A DNA stretch of 62,771 nucleotides, filler included, from Chrysochromulina tobinii (taxonomy: Eukaryota), in NCBI GenBank assembly GCA_001275005.1. It is 7 parts of 7 records of this genome, joined end to end, with 100 filler letters (N's around TTAATTAATTAA, not from the genome) between each part and the next. Parts side by side here need not be neighbours in the genome. Positions count along the whole stretch, not along the records: positions 39,658 to 49,730 come from JWZX01000988.1; positions 49,831 to 52,990 come from JWZX01000989.1; positions 53,091 to 60,314 come from JWZX01000990.1; 4 more parts are not named here. One strand, written 5' to 3'. Under the pieces are notes generated by a model. That model saw only the letters and a program-made list of their open reading frames with translations. It was not told the DNA's origin and did not search any database. The translations under genes were made by a program, and so were the position numbers. Positions 45,601-58,500 of this stretch are shown piece after piece (positions within the stretch are counted from its first letter, which is position 1; every line of letters begins with the position of its first letter).

Positions 45601-46251
45601 CGATCCATGCCGTACAGCCATGTGCAGCTGCCCGCCGGAACGCCTCCGAAGGACGCACCACGCGCGCTCATGGCGATCATTGTTGAAGGCCAAGTGACCC
45701 CACTCGACCAACTACGCAACGCGCGCACATGCCCATCTCGCATTCTCGCGCTTGCTACACGGTGCGTTCTGACGGAAGCGGCTCATCGGCTTGACTTCCC
45801 TCTCATCGTCGAAGAACTCGAGCGCATACAGGGCAGCGTGCGCGCTTCCCGCCCCTGGACTCGGCTGCGTCGAGCTGATATTCGGCTCACAGATGCGGGG
45901 ACTGCTCGAGCATTCGTTGATGTGGCTGGGTATGTCGCCACATATGTGGCAACAAATCCACTAGCCTTCTCTTCGCCCGGCCCGGCTCTTGCGGGGTTCG
46001 AGAGAGAGATGGCGCAGTATGACGAGAGTGCGCCATCCACTTCCAGGCGAACGCACGCCTTGACCGGTCCGGCTCTTGCGAGAAACGAAGATATGGCAAC
46101 CCTTGGTACAACCTTAGGTGCAACCTTTGGCGCAATGACTTTGGCAGCAGGAGCGGAAGAGCCCGACCCGAGCTCACCAATCATATCCACGATCTTTGGG
46201 ATGTTTTCGCCAAAGCCAGCTGAGGTGAGAAGCTTCAGTCAATATGTGTGA
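39658..46251 (+). CDS. Pro-rich receptor-like kinase: (PPSP)n stalks, 3 SEA-like modules, 2 F-type lectin domains, TM, TKL-type kinase; 5'-truncated
   Basis: Lectin motifs ANCIDG..FCHT..NPWL..HNRQDCCQDR..ILNLAEV; TM at about 44440-44520; kinase GAGSFGEV, AIK, HRDLKPGN, DFG, GTPPYMAPE. Frame slips within the repeat near 40990-41050. Confidence 0.85.
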
Positions 46252-46933
46252 TGACTACGAGGGGGCTATGGCCTGCGACGACACATGCTTTTATGCACAT
46301 GTACAGCAACATGAAGAGGGAGCATCCCAGAGATCGGTGAGCGCAGAGGTGTGGACTGAGAAGGTGGTTGAGTATGTGTGTTGTATGTGTGTCCGCCACG
46401 GTCCACACGCCAGTCAGGCGAGGTGGTTGCACGGGTTCAGACCCGGGGTTGACCCGGGGTATGGCGACTCTGAACCGTGTCTGTGAGCGCGGTATGCGTT
46501 CCACCTCGCGAGCATGAGAATGAAGCGGGTGTGTTCGACTGTTCTTGTACAAGGTGTGGCCCTTCATGTGTGCGCGATTGCGTTTGTACGTGTTGGTGCG
46601 TTGTGAATGAACTGTTAAGCTTTGGGGCGGGCTTTTGGCCTTGGGCGGCGGCGATTCGGCCACGACCGCAAATTATGCCCGTCTGCGCGGTTGACGTAGG
46701 GCCCGCTCTTGCAGTTGGGCGCGTGCACTAGTCGTGCAGCGTCTGGTCTTGGGGCGGGGGTGGGGGGATGGGACATCGAACGGTTTCTTGACGCGTGAGT
46801 GCGTTCGGTATATGTATAACGTTTGATGGGCTTGTGGTGAGCAAATCCGGTCAACCAACGCGTGACACAAGAATACACACGCAGCCACTAACGACTAAGC
46901 GCTTTCTCTCGGTCTCGCACGGCCGCACCAGCC

Positions 46934-47723
46934 TCAGCGCTGCGTCGAGGGCCTTGAGAGAGCGCTCGCGCTCACGCCCGCAAGCAGAAGGGTTCCCAAC
47001 GCGCTCCCCGCTCCGCGCGCCGCGGAGGCGGCGGACACGGCATGCTCCAGGAGTGCCGCAGCCTCAAGCCTTGCAACCTCCTCGTCGGAAAGCACTTCAC
47101 AGCTGATGAAGAGGCATCCGACATTCGGCGGCAGCGGCGGCGGCGAGGGCGGCAAGGGCGGCGAGGGCGGCGGCGGCGCGCCGGGCGGCGAGGGCGGCGT
47201 TGCGTCAGACACATCGAGCACCGTCCCGTTCAGCAATCGGAGCGGGCATGTAACGTTCTCCGGGTGCGTGCCCTCGGGCTCGCCGCTCACAGCTGCGAGC
47301 ACCGGCGACGGAGGGAGCCCGGCGGTGGCAGGAGTGTTCGCGCTGGTGCTGTACATGCGAGCGTACATTCGCGCGATACGCCGCGGCGGTGAGGGCGAGG
47401 GCGAGGGCGGCGGCGAGGGCGGCGACGAGGGCGGCGGCGGCGGTGGCGCAGGGGGCGCGCCGCCCGCGCGCCGCGCACACAGCCGCATCCACTCGCCCAT
47501 CCACTGAGCCACCAACGCCGTCGGCCGCTCGTCACTCGAAGGGTCGCCCAGCGTGTCAATCAGCCAGGCATGGAGTGTCAAGCGCCTCGAGTCGGAGTCC
47601 ACCTGGCTCGTCTGCACGACGATGCGCCGTACCGGCAGCTGCAGCAGCGCAGCGAGCGCCTCGATGGCCGCGGCCTCATACGTCTGCCGAGCCTCCGAGT
47701 AGAGCCACCTGACGTGCCCCGCT

Positions 47724-47762
<39 letters not shown>

Positions 47763-48382
47763 CCCACCTCCGCCGCCTCCTCGGTGGTGGAGCTCGCGTT
47801 GCTGGTGTTGCCAGCACTGGCGCCGCCGTCGGCGCCGTTGCTGCTATTGCTGGAATTGCTGGCATTGCTGCTATTGCGCCCCTCCCAGAGAGAGGTTTCG
47901 TATCCGATGGCCTCGACGGCACCATCAAGTTGGATGATAAGACGAAGCTGGAGGAAGTTGGTGGCGAGTGAGGGCAGCGTGGCGACCGGCGGCAGCGGCG
48001 GCGGCGGCGAGGGCGGTGAGGGCGGTGGTGGCGAGGGCGGTGGCGGCAAGGGTAGAGGCGGCGAGGGCGGTGGCGAGGGTGGTGGTGGTGATGGCGGTGG
48101 AGAAGGGGGCGTTGGCGGCGACGAAGGCTCGGGGGGGGTTGGTGACGGTGGAGGCGGGGGAGAAGGTGGTGGACGAGATGGTGGACGAGGTGGCAACCCC
48201 GGCGGAACCGGAGGCGATGGCGGCCGTGGCGGCGGTGAGGGCGGTGGGGGTGACGGAGGCGGAAATGGAGGCGGAGAGAACGGAGCCGGTGGTGGCGGCG
48301 GATAGGGTTCCGGCGATGGTGGTGGTGGTCGCGATTGGGCGGTCGCTTGGGCGATGGTTAGAATCAAGCAGGAGAACTTCAT
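46934..48382 (-). CDS. Secreted or surface Pro-rich (extensin-like) protein
   Basis: Signal peptide MKFSCLILTIAQATA, PPSP tracts, poly-Ala, hydrophobic C-terminus. Confidence 0.7.
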
Positions 48383-48645
48383 GATGGAGGATGTTTGCAT
48401 TCTTATTTGCATTCCGCAAGCATCTGCCTCGAGGAAGCTATCCTGGCGGCGGGGCGGGCGATTGATGCCGACGATGATGGGAGCACGAGAAAGCCCTTCA
48501 CCGTTTCTGTTTCATATAAGTTGTTTCATTCCGTTACAGATGGGCTTTTTCGCTCGCAAATTTATTAATTGGGACCCGCCAAAAAAGGGCGCCGGAGTGG
48601 CGAGCTGGCGAAAAATTCTCCCCTAACGCCGCAGTGCGTGCATTT

Positions 48646-49596
48646 TTATCTCACATGATTGGCGGCCGGCGGGGCGGGAGGGTGGAGCTCGAGGAAGACG
48701 AAGTACGTGCCCTCCCAGTTATCAGACCCTCTCAGCAGGATGCGCCCGGCCGGGAAGGACTTCGTGAACACGGGACCCGAGTACGGGCCGTTGGGGACGC
48801 CCGACGAGACGGTGCTCTCAATGGTGGTGTCCAGGCGCCAGCCGTGCGCGGCGAGCCAGGATTGCGAGCCGCCGTTGTGCACGTGCTGCTCTGACCGGAA
48901 GTTGAGATGCACGGTCGTCGGGTGCTGCGTGACAATCGTCCACATCGTGCGCGACGCGGGCGTCTTCCGGTCCTCATTCGAGGCCATCACGAAGAGCATG
49001 CCGGGCCGGCTGAAGCCGCCCAGCGACTCAAAGTAGTACGGACGGTCGAAGTGGCAGCGAGCACCCGGCGGTGGCACGGCTACCACCTCGATGGCTCGGC
49101 CACTCGTCGCCTCAGCTTCGACAGGTAGCGGCGCATGCACACTGCTCCGGCAGAGCGGACAGCGCGCTTTGGTGCCGGGCTCGCACGCGACGAGAAAGTA
49201 TTGGTCAAGACATGCTTGATGGAAGTAATGCGAGCACGGTGTCCTGACGCACGATGCACTCAGAGCCGCGAGGCAGATGGGACAGTCGTCCTCGCGCGGC
49301 TCGCACAGCTCACATGCTGCATCGCCAGAACTGGCCTTGACCGGTTCCGCGCCAAGCTCCTCGTGATCGGAGCCAATCGAGTTGTGCCCGATGCTCTCGC
49401 TCATGACCGCGTTGAACAAGCGACGGGCAGCCTCAACGAGTGTGCGCGTCCGCGATGGGGACGATGGGGACGGGTCGGGTGCAATCGTGGTCGGAGTAAC
49501 AGCGGATGCGACTGCACGACCGATAGCGACAGCATGGCTGACGTTTATCATACGGACGGCGCAAGAGCCAGAGAGCGCGCGCGCGCGCTTCGTCAT
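48646..49596 (-). CDS. RING-H2 finger protein with C-terminal beta-rich domain
   Basis: CPIC..PCSHYFHQAC..CPLCR; start codon uncertain. Confidence 0.8.
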   Translation of the reverse strand: MTKRARALSGSCAVRMINVSHAVAIGRAVASAVTPTTIAPDPSPSSPSRTRTLVEAARRLFNAVMSESIGHNSIGSDHEELGAEPVKASSGDAACELCEPREDDCPICLAALSASCVRTPCSHYFHQACLDQYFLVACEPGTKARCPLCRSSVHAPLPVEAEATSGRAIEVVAVPPPGARCHFDRPYYFESLGGFSRPGMLFVMASNEDRKTPASRTMWTIVTQHPTTVHLNFRSEQHVHNGGSQSWLAAHGWRLDTTIESTVSSGVPNGPYSGPVFTKSFPAGRILLRGSDNWEGTYFVFLELHPPAPPAANHVR

Positions 49597-49730
49597 TCGA
49601 TCGGGACTTTTACCGGTACCGGTACGTCTCGTGGTTGTTTTCGTTTTTTTGGGGCGTCTCCGTTCTTTTTCGACCTCGTGCTGTCGGTGACGCTCGCGGC
49701 GACCACACGGGCTGTCTGCAGCTACTTTGA

Positions 49731-49830
49731 NNNNNNNNNNNNNNNNNNNNNNNNNNNNNNNNNNNNNNNNNNNNTTAATTAATTAANNNNNNNNNNNNNN
49801 NNNNNNNNNNNNNNNNNNNNNNNNNNNNNN
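49731..49830. other. Artificial contig linker
   Basis: N/TTAATTAATTAA/N, 100 bp. Confidence 0.99.
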
Positions 49831-52800
49831 TCAGACTGCACCTTTGAGAGGCCGCCCGCCAGCGAGAGCAGGTGCGGCGGTAGCACCACCTGCATCTCCA
49901 GGTTGTCCGCGTCGAAGTCCACGCCAAACTCGAGAGTGCTGAAGAGCTCCCTGTCGGGGTAGTCGCCCGAGAACTGGGCGGCGAACTGCAAGTTGAGATG
50001 AGTGGTGGCAGGCGCCGACGTGTCGGTCAGGACGTACTCGTCGCGCGCGGTGCTGTACTCGTACAGCCGCCCACGAAACTCGGGCAGCCTCTCGTTGTCG
50101 GAGAAGAGGAGCGCCTTGGGCGGCTTGACCGTGCACGCCTCGCCGTGCTCGAGCGCGTCGAGCAGGTACGCGTGCTGAGCGAGCAGCCAAGGGTCAGCCT
50201 TCGACCTAAAGTGGCCCGGCGGGTAAAAGCCCTCGTAGCTCCGCGGGCCAGGCGGCCCGGATCGCTGACCGGCAGGGGGTGGCCGTCCGGTAGTTACCGG
50301 CGGCCGGCACCTAGTCGCAAACGGCGCCATCGCCAGCGCGTCGTCCGTGAACGACGCCAGCGCCCCTGCCTCGCGCAGCGCCAGCGGGATCTGCTCAGGA
50401 TCAGCCTCGCCCACCCGAGCGTGCCACGCAGGGCAGTCAGCCGCCCAGATCGCGTCGAAACCCACCGCGAGCGCGCGCGGCGCACAGGGCAGTCCCGATG
50501 CCCCCGAGGCATCGCCGAACCCCGTGGCGAGAGGCCCTGCAAGACGGTCAGCCTCGGTCGCGGTGAGGATGGGCCCTGGCGTCGAGAACACCTCCCTCAG
50601 CTCAGCCACCTCTGACCGATGTACGGCCCACATCTCCTCGAAGCTGCGCGGCTCTCTCTCGAAGCCCTGGGATGGCCCAGGCAGCGGCGGCATTGCCGCC
50701 CGCTTGCCCACCTCGTAGAGGCCGCCCACGCCCAGCGCCTCGTCGATTTCGTCGCGCTCCGAGGCGTCGAAGATCGGGTCGAGACTCGGCAGACTCGGGA
50801 GGCTGTAGAGGAGGCTGTGGCCGCGGTACGCCGCCACCGCTGCCATCGTGTGCTCGGGAGTTCCATCGAGCTCGCCGAGCTCACGCCACACAGTGCCGGG
50901 AGCTCCCTCGAGCCCGGGCGAGACCAGACACACAGCGAGCCAGTTGGTGCAAGCTGCGGGGAATGACAACGTCGGGGAACGTCTGGAGCGGCGCGCGTCC
51001 CGACATGACCGGGTACCACTCCTCGCGCACCGAGGACCACATCTCCTTGAAGAAGGTCTGGATGATATCGATGTCATCCGTGCGCGTGAGCTCGGAGTTG
51101 CAGTTGTCCTTGAAGTACTCGTGCGCCTTGTCGACGCCGCTCGAGAGCGAGTTGGTCGCGGCGGAGTCGAGAGAGAGTGCGTTCTCGATGCGCTTGACAA
51201 CCATCTCGAGGCTCGTGAAGTGGTCGATCTCGGAGAAGTGGATCTCGGCGGGCGCCCGCATAAAGTCCGTGTCGCCCTGGACCCCGCGCACGTCGTAGAT
51301 GAGCCCGAACCAGTCAATCTCATCGAAGCGGTAGTCCACGATCGCCGCGGCCGTGAGCGCATCGATGCGCCACTTCTCAGCTGTCTGCCTGACCTTGCCG
51401 GACTTGTCCGCCGCGAGCCGCATGCTCAAGTTATAGCGCCACTTGTCCTTCAGCACGTGAAGCGACGCCCGGTCGAACTCGTCGCGCCACAGCGTGGACG
51501 TGTACGAAGCGGGCGGCGCGACGCCCGTGCCCATCCGCTTGATGAACGCAATCGGGCTGCTCGTGAGCTTACGCGAGATGGTGAGCGAGTTGGGCGGCGC
51601 CGCGTCCAGGAGCGCCCGTAGCTCCGTGAAGAAGACGCGCGCCGCCGGCGTCGAGAGGGCCGCTCGAATCAACGTCATGGTGCCAGGGTCGGAGGGCTCG
51701 CCTGAGCCGGACGACGCCCCACCGCCGCCACCGCCACCGCCACGCGCGTGCGCGTCCTGCATCATGCTGCATATCCAGGCAACGCGCTGCGTCGCGGTCA
51801 GGAGGTTGTGCTCCTCCATGGGAAATATGAGCTTGAGGCACGCGTCCTCGATCGCCACCAGGTCCTGGATGGACTCGGGCAGACCCCGAGCTGGCTTGAA
51901 GCAGCCGGTAGCCAGCGCGGCCAGCTCGTTTGTAATGGCCTGAGACGACAGCAGACCGTCGAGCACCACGTGCAGGGACGGCAGCGCAAGGCGGAGCTCA
52001 TCGAATCGGCGGCATACGACCTCGAGGAAGGCGCGCCCGCCGCCGGCTCCGATCTGTGCGGCGCCTCCAGCCATGCAGCAGCGGTCAGCCCAGTCCAACG
52101 CGCGCCGGTCGAGATCACCTAGCGTGCCGTTCGGGCCAAGAAGCTCCCAGTCGCGCCCCGGGGGCGTAGTCGCAACGAACGCCTGCGCCGCCGCACGGGC
52201 CGTGTTCATCGGGCTCGACGACGCCACCGAGGCATACGGCATGCGTGCGTCCTGCGCCCGTCTCTGCGACTCCTCGAGCACGAGCCGAAACGTGCACCCC
52301 GGGAGGTCGCGATCGGCCGTGCAGAAGATACCCGGCGTCAGACGGTAAAGGTCAGCCAGCGGCGCCAGGCTGAAGAGACCTGGTTGGCCGCGCACCGGTG
52401 TAGCAAACGATCGGATAGTGGTGGAGCGGATCCACAACGTGCCCGCGCCACCCACCGCGCCAGCCGGCACCTCTGTCGGGAACATGTCCGCGGCAGTCAC
52501 CAGGTAACCAGCAGCCAGTGCGGCATAGTCAAGGCCAGATAGGATCGAGTCGCGCTCGTAGCGGAACCGCTTGCTCGTAAGAGAGACAGCATCGTCCAGA
52601 CCATCGGCAAGAAGCCGAAGCCAGGCCACCCGCATCTTCGCTGGGTCAATGACGGCGAGGATTGTGGCGGTGTCAAGCACGGCGGGGTCGCTCGTGAACA
52701 AGGCGCCCACGAGTTCGCCGGCCACGTTTGAGTAAGCCGCCTCCACTTGCCCAGCCGCCCCAGGAATCACACAGAGTGTGGCGCCAAGCGTCGTGTTGAA

Positions 52801-52990
52801 AGAGTCAGCCGCCGCAAAGGACACCGACGGGTCCGCGCCGCGGAGAGCCAGCGCGGCCACGGGCAGTGTGCCCGCAGGAACTGCGACGAAGTCCACAGGG
52901 TAGGACACAACAACAGCAACACGACAGAGCGCACGAGACGCGAGAGCGGATTCTCGAAGCTTTCTCGAAGCTCTCACTGAGTGCCGCACT
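49831..52990 (-). mobile_element. Probable DIRS/Ngaro-like retroelement fragment with two overlapping ORFs
   Basis: Intron-less ORF1 (52989-50881) overlaps ORF2, which is open to the contig end and finishes DYPDRELFSTLEFGVDF..VLPPHLLSL, resembling the pre-RT segment of tyrosine-recombinase retroelements. The RT core is not in the window. Confidence 0.45.
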
Positions 52991-53090
52991 NNNNNNNNNN
53001 NNNNNNNNNNNNNNNNNNNNNNNNNNNNNNNNNNTTAATTAATTAANNNNNNNNNNNNNNNNNNNNNNNNNNNNNNNNNNNNNNNNNNNN
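52991..53090. other. Artificial contig linker
   Basis: N/TTAATTAATTAA/N, 100 bp. Confidence 0.99.
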
Positions 53091-53095
53091 GCGAT

Positions 53096-55475
53096 ATGCA
53101 GCGAGAAGCGAGAGGCAACGTGTCTCTGCTCCAGCGGCTCAACGCTGCGCTCCAGCCGCAAGCGCCGAAGCAGACGATCAGTGTGATGGGCATCGATGAG
53201 GCGACGGTGCTGCTCGAGGTTGACGGCGTCTCTCCAGTCTGGAAGTGGCCAGAGTTCGGCTCGCTGGGCGCTGACCAGGATCAGGACCATCAGCCGCGGA
53301 CCGTGCTCCATCCGGAGCCATGGGACTATGATAACATGCACCACGACCCGTTCAACCTGATTCGCTTCTACCTGCCGTACCTCGCGCCGTTCAGAGAGCT
53401 CGATTCCCTCTTCTTAGGTGATGACGACATCGTCATTCAGAAATCCATCTCCATGCTCGAGGTACCCATGGGTGATGGCCTCATCATCGCTGCGACGTGC
53501 AACGGATGGCTGTGGGCCGAGGACTGCATGCGCAACGAGCCGTACTACAATGGAAAGGGCTGGTTGGACTACCCGGCCACGTATCTGGGCAAGGACAAGG
53601 CACACGGATATAGCGGGTGCACGCAGACGGCTTCGGAGAGCGGGAACCGCATCTGCCAGAAGGATGAGTTTGCGGAGACGGTGCTGCGCTGGACCCAGAA
53701 GTTCAACGGCAAAGAGCTTGACGTCAACGTTCAGCCGCGCTGGAACTTTGGCGTGTCGCGTATCAACCTGACCGAGTGGCGGGCGCAGAACATGACTCAC
53801 GTCTTCGATAACTACATGCGCGCCAACTACGAAGCCAAGCTGATCCCCGAGACGTCCCTCGCGTTCGGCCTCGGGATCCCGTACTTCGCGTTTGCGGACA
53901 AGATTATGTGCTGGAACGACGTTGTGGGCGACCCGGCCTTCGTAGACGGCCTCGGGTACATCTCTAAGGCCGACTTGAAATTGAACAACCTGAACGCGTC
54001 GAAGTTGCTTGGAGAGGCGACCGTGCTCCACTGGTCCGGGCGCAACAAGCCGTTCGACCCAGAGTCCGAGATGGACCTCGAGCTCTACAAGCCGTTCGAT
54101 GCCGTGCAGGAATACTATGTTGCGAGGCCGGGTACGCAGTCTCTGGAGCAAGGGGCTGGCCTTCACGCCATCGTCAGGCAAGTTCCCGATGCGTCGAAGC
54201 AGACCGCTCGCGCGCTCTTGTACGCAGACCCTTTTGCGGGAGCGGAGTGGTTCTTGGAGCTGCTCGATCAGACGCCTGACGTCTGTGCGTCGGGCTCGAC
54301 CGGCAATCCAACGGTTGCCTTCGCAGGAGAGAGCTTCATCCCGCCCCACTTCGAGGCCGTCGAGAACGCCATCCCAGTTTGCGCGCAGAAGCGCGCCTGC
54401 CTCTGGAGCTTCATCGCAGAAAACGTGCCCCGGTACGTGGAACAGCGTCGCAGCTGGTGCCAGAGCACTCACAATGAAGGTATCGAAAGAAAGGGTACCT
54501 TGGCAGAGTTTCAGGTCCACGGAATGCACGGCGAAACGCTTTGCTCTTGGACCGATCGCTTGCTGACCATGTACCCCAATCGCACCAGCTACTCCGACCT
54601 GGGCGGGATCCAGGCGCTCTGGAACCTGTACGAGCACAACGTCTTCTCCATGGCAACGGATCTCGTCCCGTGCACACAGGCGTGCGGGTACAAACCCGTC
54701 CGCATGCTCAAGTTCATGCGCGCGTGGGCCCAGCCGATGATGAACGGAAGCGAGCCGGCTTATTCGTGGCGCGATAACGGCGATGCGCCTATGACCTTTG
54801 TGGGCGACTTTGCGGGCGAGCACTGCGATGGCGAGGCCCTGCCGGGAGGAGGCTGCGACGGCAGCGAGTCTTACTTGCCAAAGATCAACTGGGACGCATA
54901 CAAGGTGGTCGAGCTCACGCGTTGGAACCTTCTCGATCGTTGCCTCGCACAGACTGAATTCGCAATCGGGATAACTGAAGACCCAACTGTCACTATTCAG
55001 CCCGAACGCACCTCAAACATAGCGGAAGGCGCCGTCGACTTAGACGACCTGATGCGCTGCATCAGATACTCCGGCGCGCAGCGGGACGCGGACCTTCTAC
55101 GACTCAACGTCTATTCTGGCGAACGCCTCGCCGATTGGATGACGCTCCCCTATGAGGTATGCGCAATGCCAAGCTTTATCCAGGCGTGTGTGGATGCCAC
55201 GGTGGCCCACGTCAGCCAGGCGCCCTTCATCCCCCACACCGTGGCAGCCAGCAACGTCGACTCCACCCTTGCCGAGTTATTGAAGCGTCGACGCTGGCGA
55301 CGAGCGAAGGGGAGTCTATTGACATCTCGCCGGCGCCCCCTTGTTCAACCTACCTCGAAGTACGTGGAGACGCTGGACGCAAATTGGTTGTCAAACTTCC
55401 AAGAGGACAGCTTCGTCTCAGCGCTCCAGCGGCGGAGAGAAAGAGGTGGTGAAGAAAATGGAGAATTAGAGGCGC

Positions 55476-55514
<39 letters not shown>

Positions 55515-58500
55515 TGAAAGGAGCAAGAGTTGCGAAGGCGTGTTGCAACGATGAGATATTGAAAGGAGCTGCTTTCACGAGATGTCGTTCCAAGGGCGTT
55601 CCTGTTTGCTGCAAACCTTGGGATAAAGTGTGCCTCAAGATGCAAGCCGGCGGTCGCATCGATCCAATTACTGGCGTGTATATCCCTGGACCGAACTTCG
55701 ACTCTAAGTATGACCCAACCGCGATAGGTCCTCCTCCTGCAGGCTGGAAAACTCCCAGTCGTAGCAGTGGAGACACCTATTCCTATTCCTACGATGACGA
55801 GAATGGCGGTGGAAGAAAGAAATGTAAGAAGGGCAAGCCATGTCCCAACGGAGAGGGCGGCTCGTATAGCTATTCCTATTCCTACGACGAGGAAAATGGT
55901 GTTGGCGGAAGAAAGAAGTGTAAGAAAGGCAAGCCGTGTCCCAACGGAGAGGGCGACAGCTATTCGTATGACGAAGATGAAGAAGGTGGTGGCGGGAAGA
56001 AAAAGTGCAAACCCAAACCAGGCATGCCATGTCCCGCCGGAGATGACGACAGCTATTCTTACGACGATGAAGGTGGTGGCGGGAAGAAAAAGTGCAAACC
56101 CAAACCCGGCAAGCCCTGTCCCGACGAGGACTCCTACTCTTACGACGAGAATGGAAACAAACGGAGAAAGAAGCCCGGAGCAGAAGGTGAAGAAGGCGAT
56201 GTGAGTGGAGGACGCAGAAGGCGGCCCGGCGGTGAAGACTCCTATACTTATGACGAGAACGGGAACAGGAGAAGGAAGCCCGGAGCAGGTGAAGACGAGG
56301 ATGATGGTTCGCGGAGAAAGAAGCCCGGAGAAGGCGATGAAGACGACGATGGAGCAAGGAGACCCCGCGGGGCTGGTTACGGTTTCCACGGATTCACTCG
56401 CCGTACCATTCGCCGCGGCACCGTGCTCGAGCTGGCCGCTGCCGATGTAGAGCATGGTCGCACGTCGCGCTCCTCTCGATGGATGGGTGTTGCCAACGCC
56501 GAGCAGCTTTCCGCCGGTCTCATCCACGCTGGGTTCGCCACCTTCATCCAGCCGATCTACTGCTTCGCGTGGGAGGCGCATGCCGACGGCAACGAGATCG
56601 CAAAGTACCTCGCGCTTCTACCTGAGCAGTACATTGTTCCCGGCTCGAGCGCGATGACGACTTTCGACGAGCATGTCTTCAAAGCCAGCTTCGAAAAACT
56701 AGCAGTCGACAGTCGGACGCACACGCTCATCGCATTTGGCCAGGTCTCTAACGACACGTGGGTGCACTCAGTACGCGCTGCTACGAGCCGACCCATCGTG
56801 GTCCTTGGCCTCATGCGCGACGTGCTCGCTCATCGCGTCCAGCTCTTCTATAGCGACGACTCGCGGCGCCAGATGGCTGAACGGTCGTCGTCGACGTTTG
56901 TGAAGGCGATGATGCATTCGTGGATGCAGAGCGACGAATACCCACGCGATGCTCAGCTCGAGTACATGTACGGCTTGAACGCCACTCTTCGCGACCTCCC
57001 CATCGACGATGTCTGGAAAGCTCGCAACGCGTCCGCTATTGCGTCCGGTGTAGACCAGGGCGGCACCACCTCCACTGCCTCCGTGTATCTGGGTCCCGTC
57101 GGAGACTCGCAGAATGTACGCCGGAGCCTGTGCGTGTTTGCGCACTCGACCTCGCTGCCGATTCCGTGGATGCGTTATGAGACTGCCACAGAGACCTCAA
57201 GCAGCTTCGTGCCGTCGACGTACGTCGCGAACGTCGACGAGGACATTGTTGCCGCCATGCTCGCCAGGGAGCCGAGAGAGTTCTACTACGTCGCTCGCGC
57301 TCTGGATACGTTCGAAGCCTTTGCGGAGGAGTACGGGTGCTTGGAGGAGCCAACGGAGATGGCCCTGTTGCCGCCAAAGTACGGTGCTGGACCGCTCTCA
57401 TACAGGGGCATCGCTCGTGAGGCGCACTCCTCCGACACACTCGGCAACGCGTCCTTGGGCACTGTCACCTCAGACACGATTGGTGACGCTTTCTGGTCCA
57501 GTATGAAGAAGCCATTCACTGGCAGCTCGCCCTCAGAGTACCCGCTCTACTACTTCCACCACGTGCCGAAGACAGGCGGGACCACGCTCAGTGACCATCT
57601 CGTGCAGCTTCCACCAGAGTACATCGTTCCCGGGTCGGAGCGCTCGGGCGCATTCAACGAAACTGTCTTCCGGAGGGCAGAAAATGAGGTGGCCGCGCGA
57701 CGAAACTGTCTCATCGCATACAGCCACATGCAAGTGCGTGCGTTCACGGACATTGTTCGTGTGTCCAAGCTGGGACACAGGAAGATGGAAGTCATCTTTA
57801 TGATGCGTGACGTTCTACCTCATCGCGTCTCGTTCTTCCACGAAATGATCGGACCAGCGGCGCACGGCCACGACCAAGCAGACCTCGATGCCGGAAAGAC
57901 CGTCGCACGCCCATATGTGAATTTCGCCACATGGGCTGCGAAGGACAAGAACCCTGAGATGGCGCGCGCGGCTTGGCTGACAAACCATTCACGCGAGGAT
58001 GACTTTGCACCGATTGCCACCTCCGAGTGCGTGAACAATCAACACTGCCGTGACCCGAAGATGGACAGCTTCCAGCTCAGGGCCATCTACAAGTTGAACT
58101 TTGCCTGGTCGAATGAGCCCATCCAGGATGTGTATACGCAGCTTCATGCTGAGCGTCCTCTCGAATCGTGCGCACACTGGCAAGCTCCGGACGGGCAGGG
58201 CAACGAGGTGCTCTTCCGTCATTGTCCGAATGCCACCGCAGACGTGGGCCTCGCTCTCATCGGGCACCTGAGCTTGATGCGCGAGACGCTCTGCCTGATC
58301 GACCGCATGCTCGGCGTGCCCGTGTCATGGAATGGCGTTGCCCACGAGGGAATGAACTGGCGCTTCAAGAAGCTCCGGCCGATGGATGCCGAGAGCAGCT
58401 TCGACAGCTCGTCGGCCAACGAGCTCCTCTCGCGCGAATCTCGTGAGCTCATCTTCAACTCGATGACCAAATCCAAGCTCATGGAGCAGGCGGCCATCTA

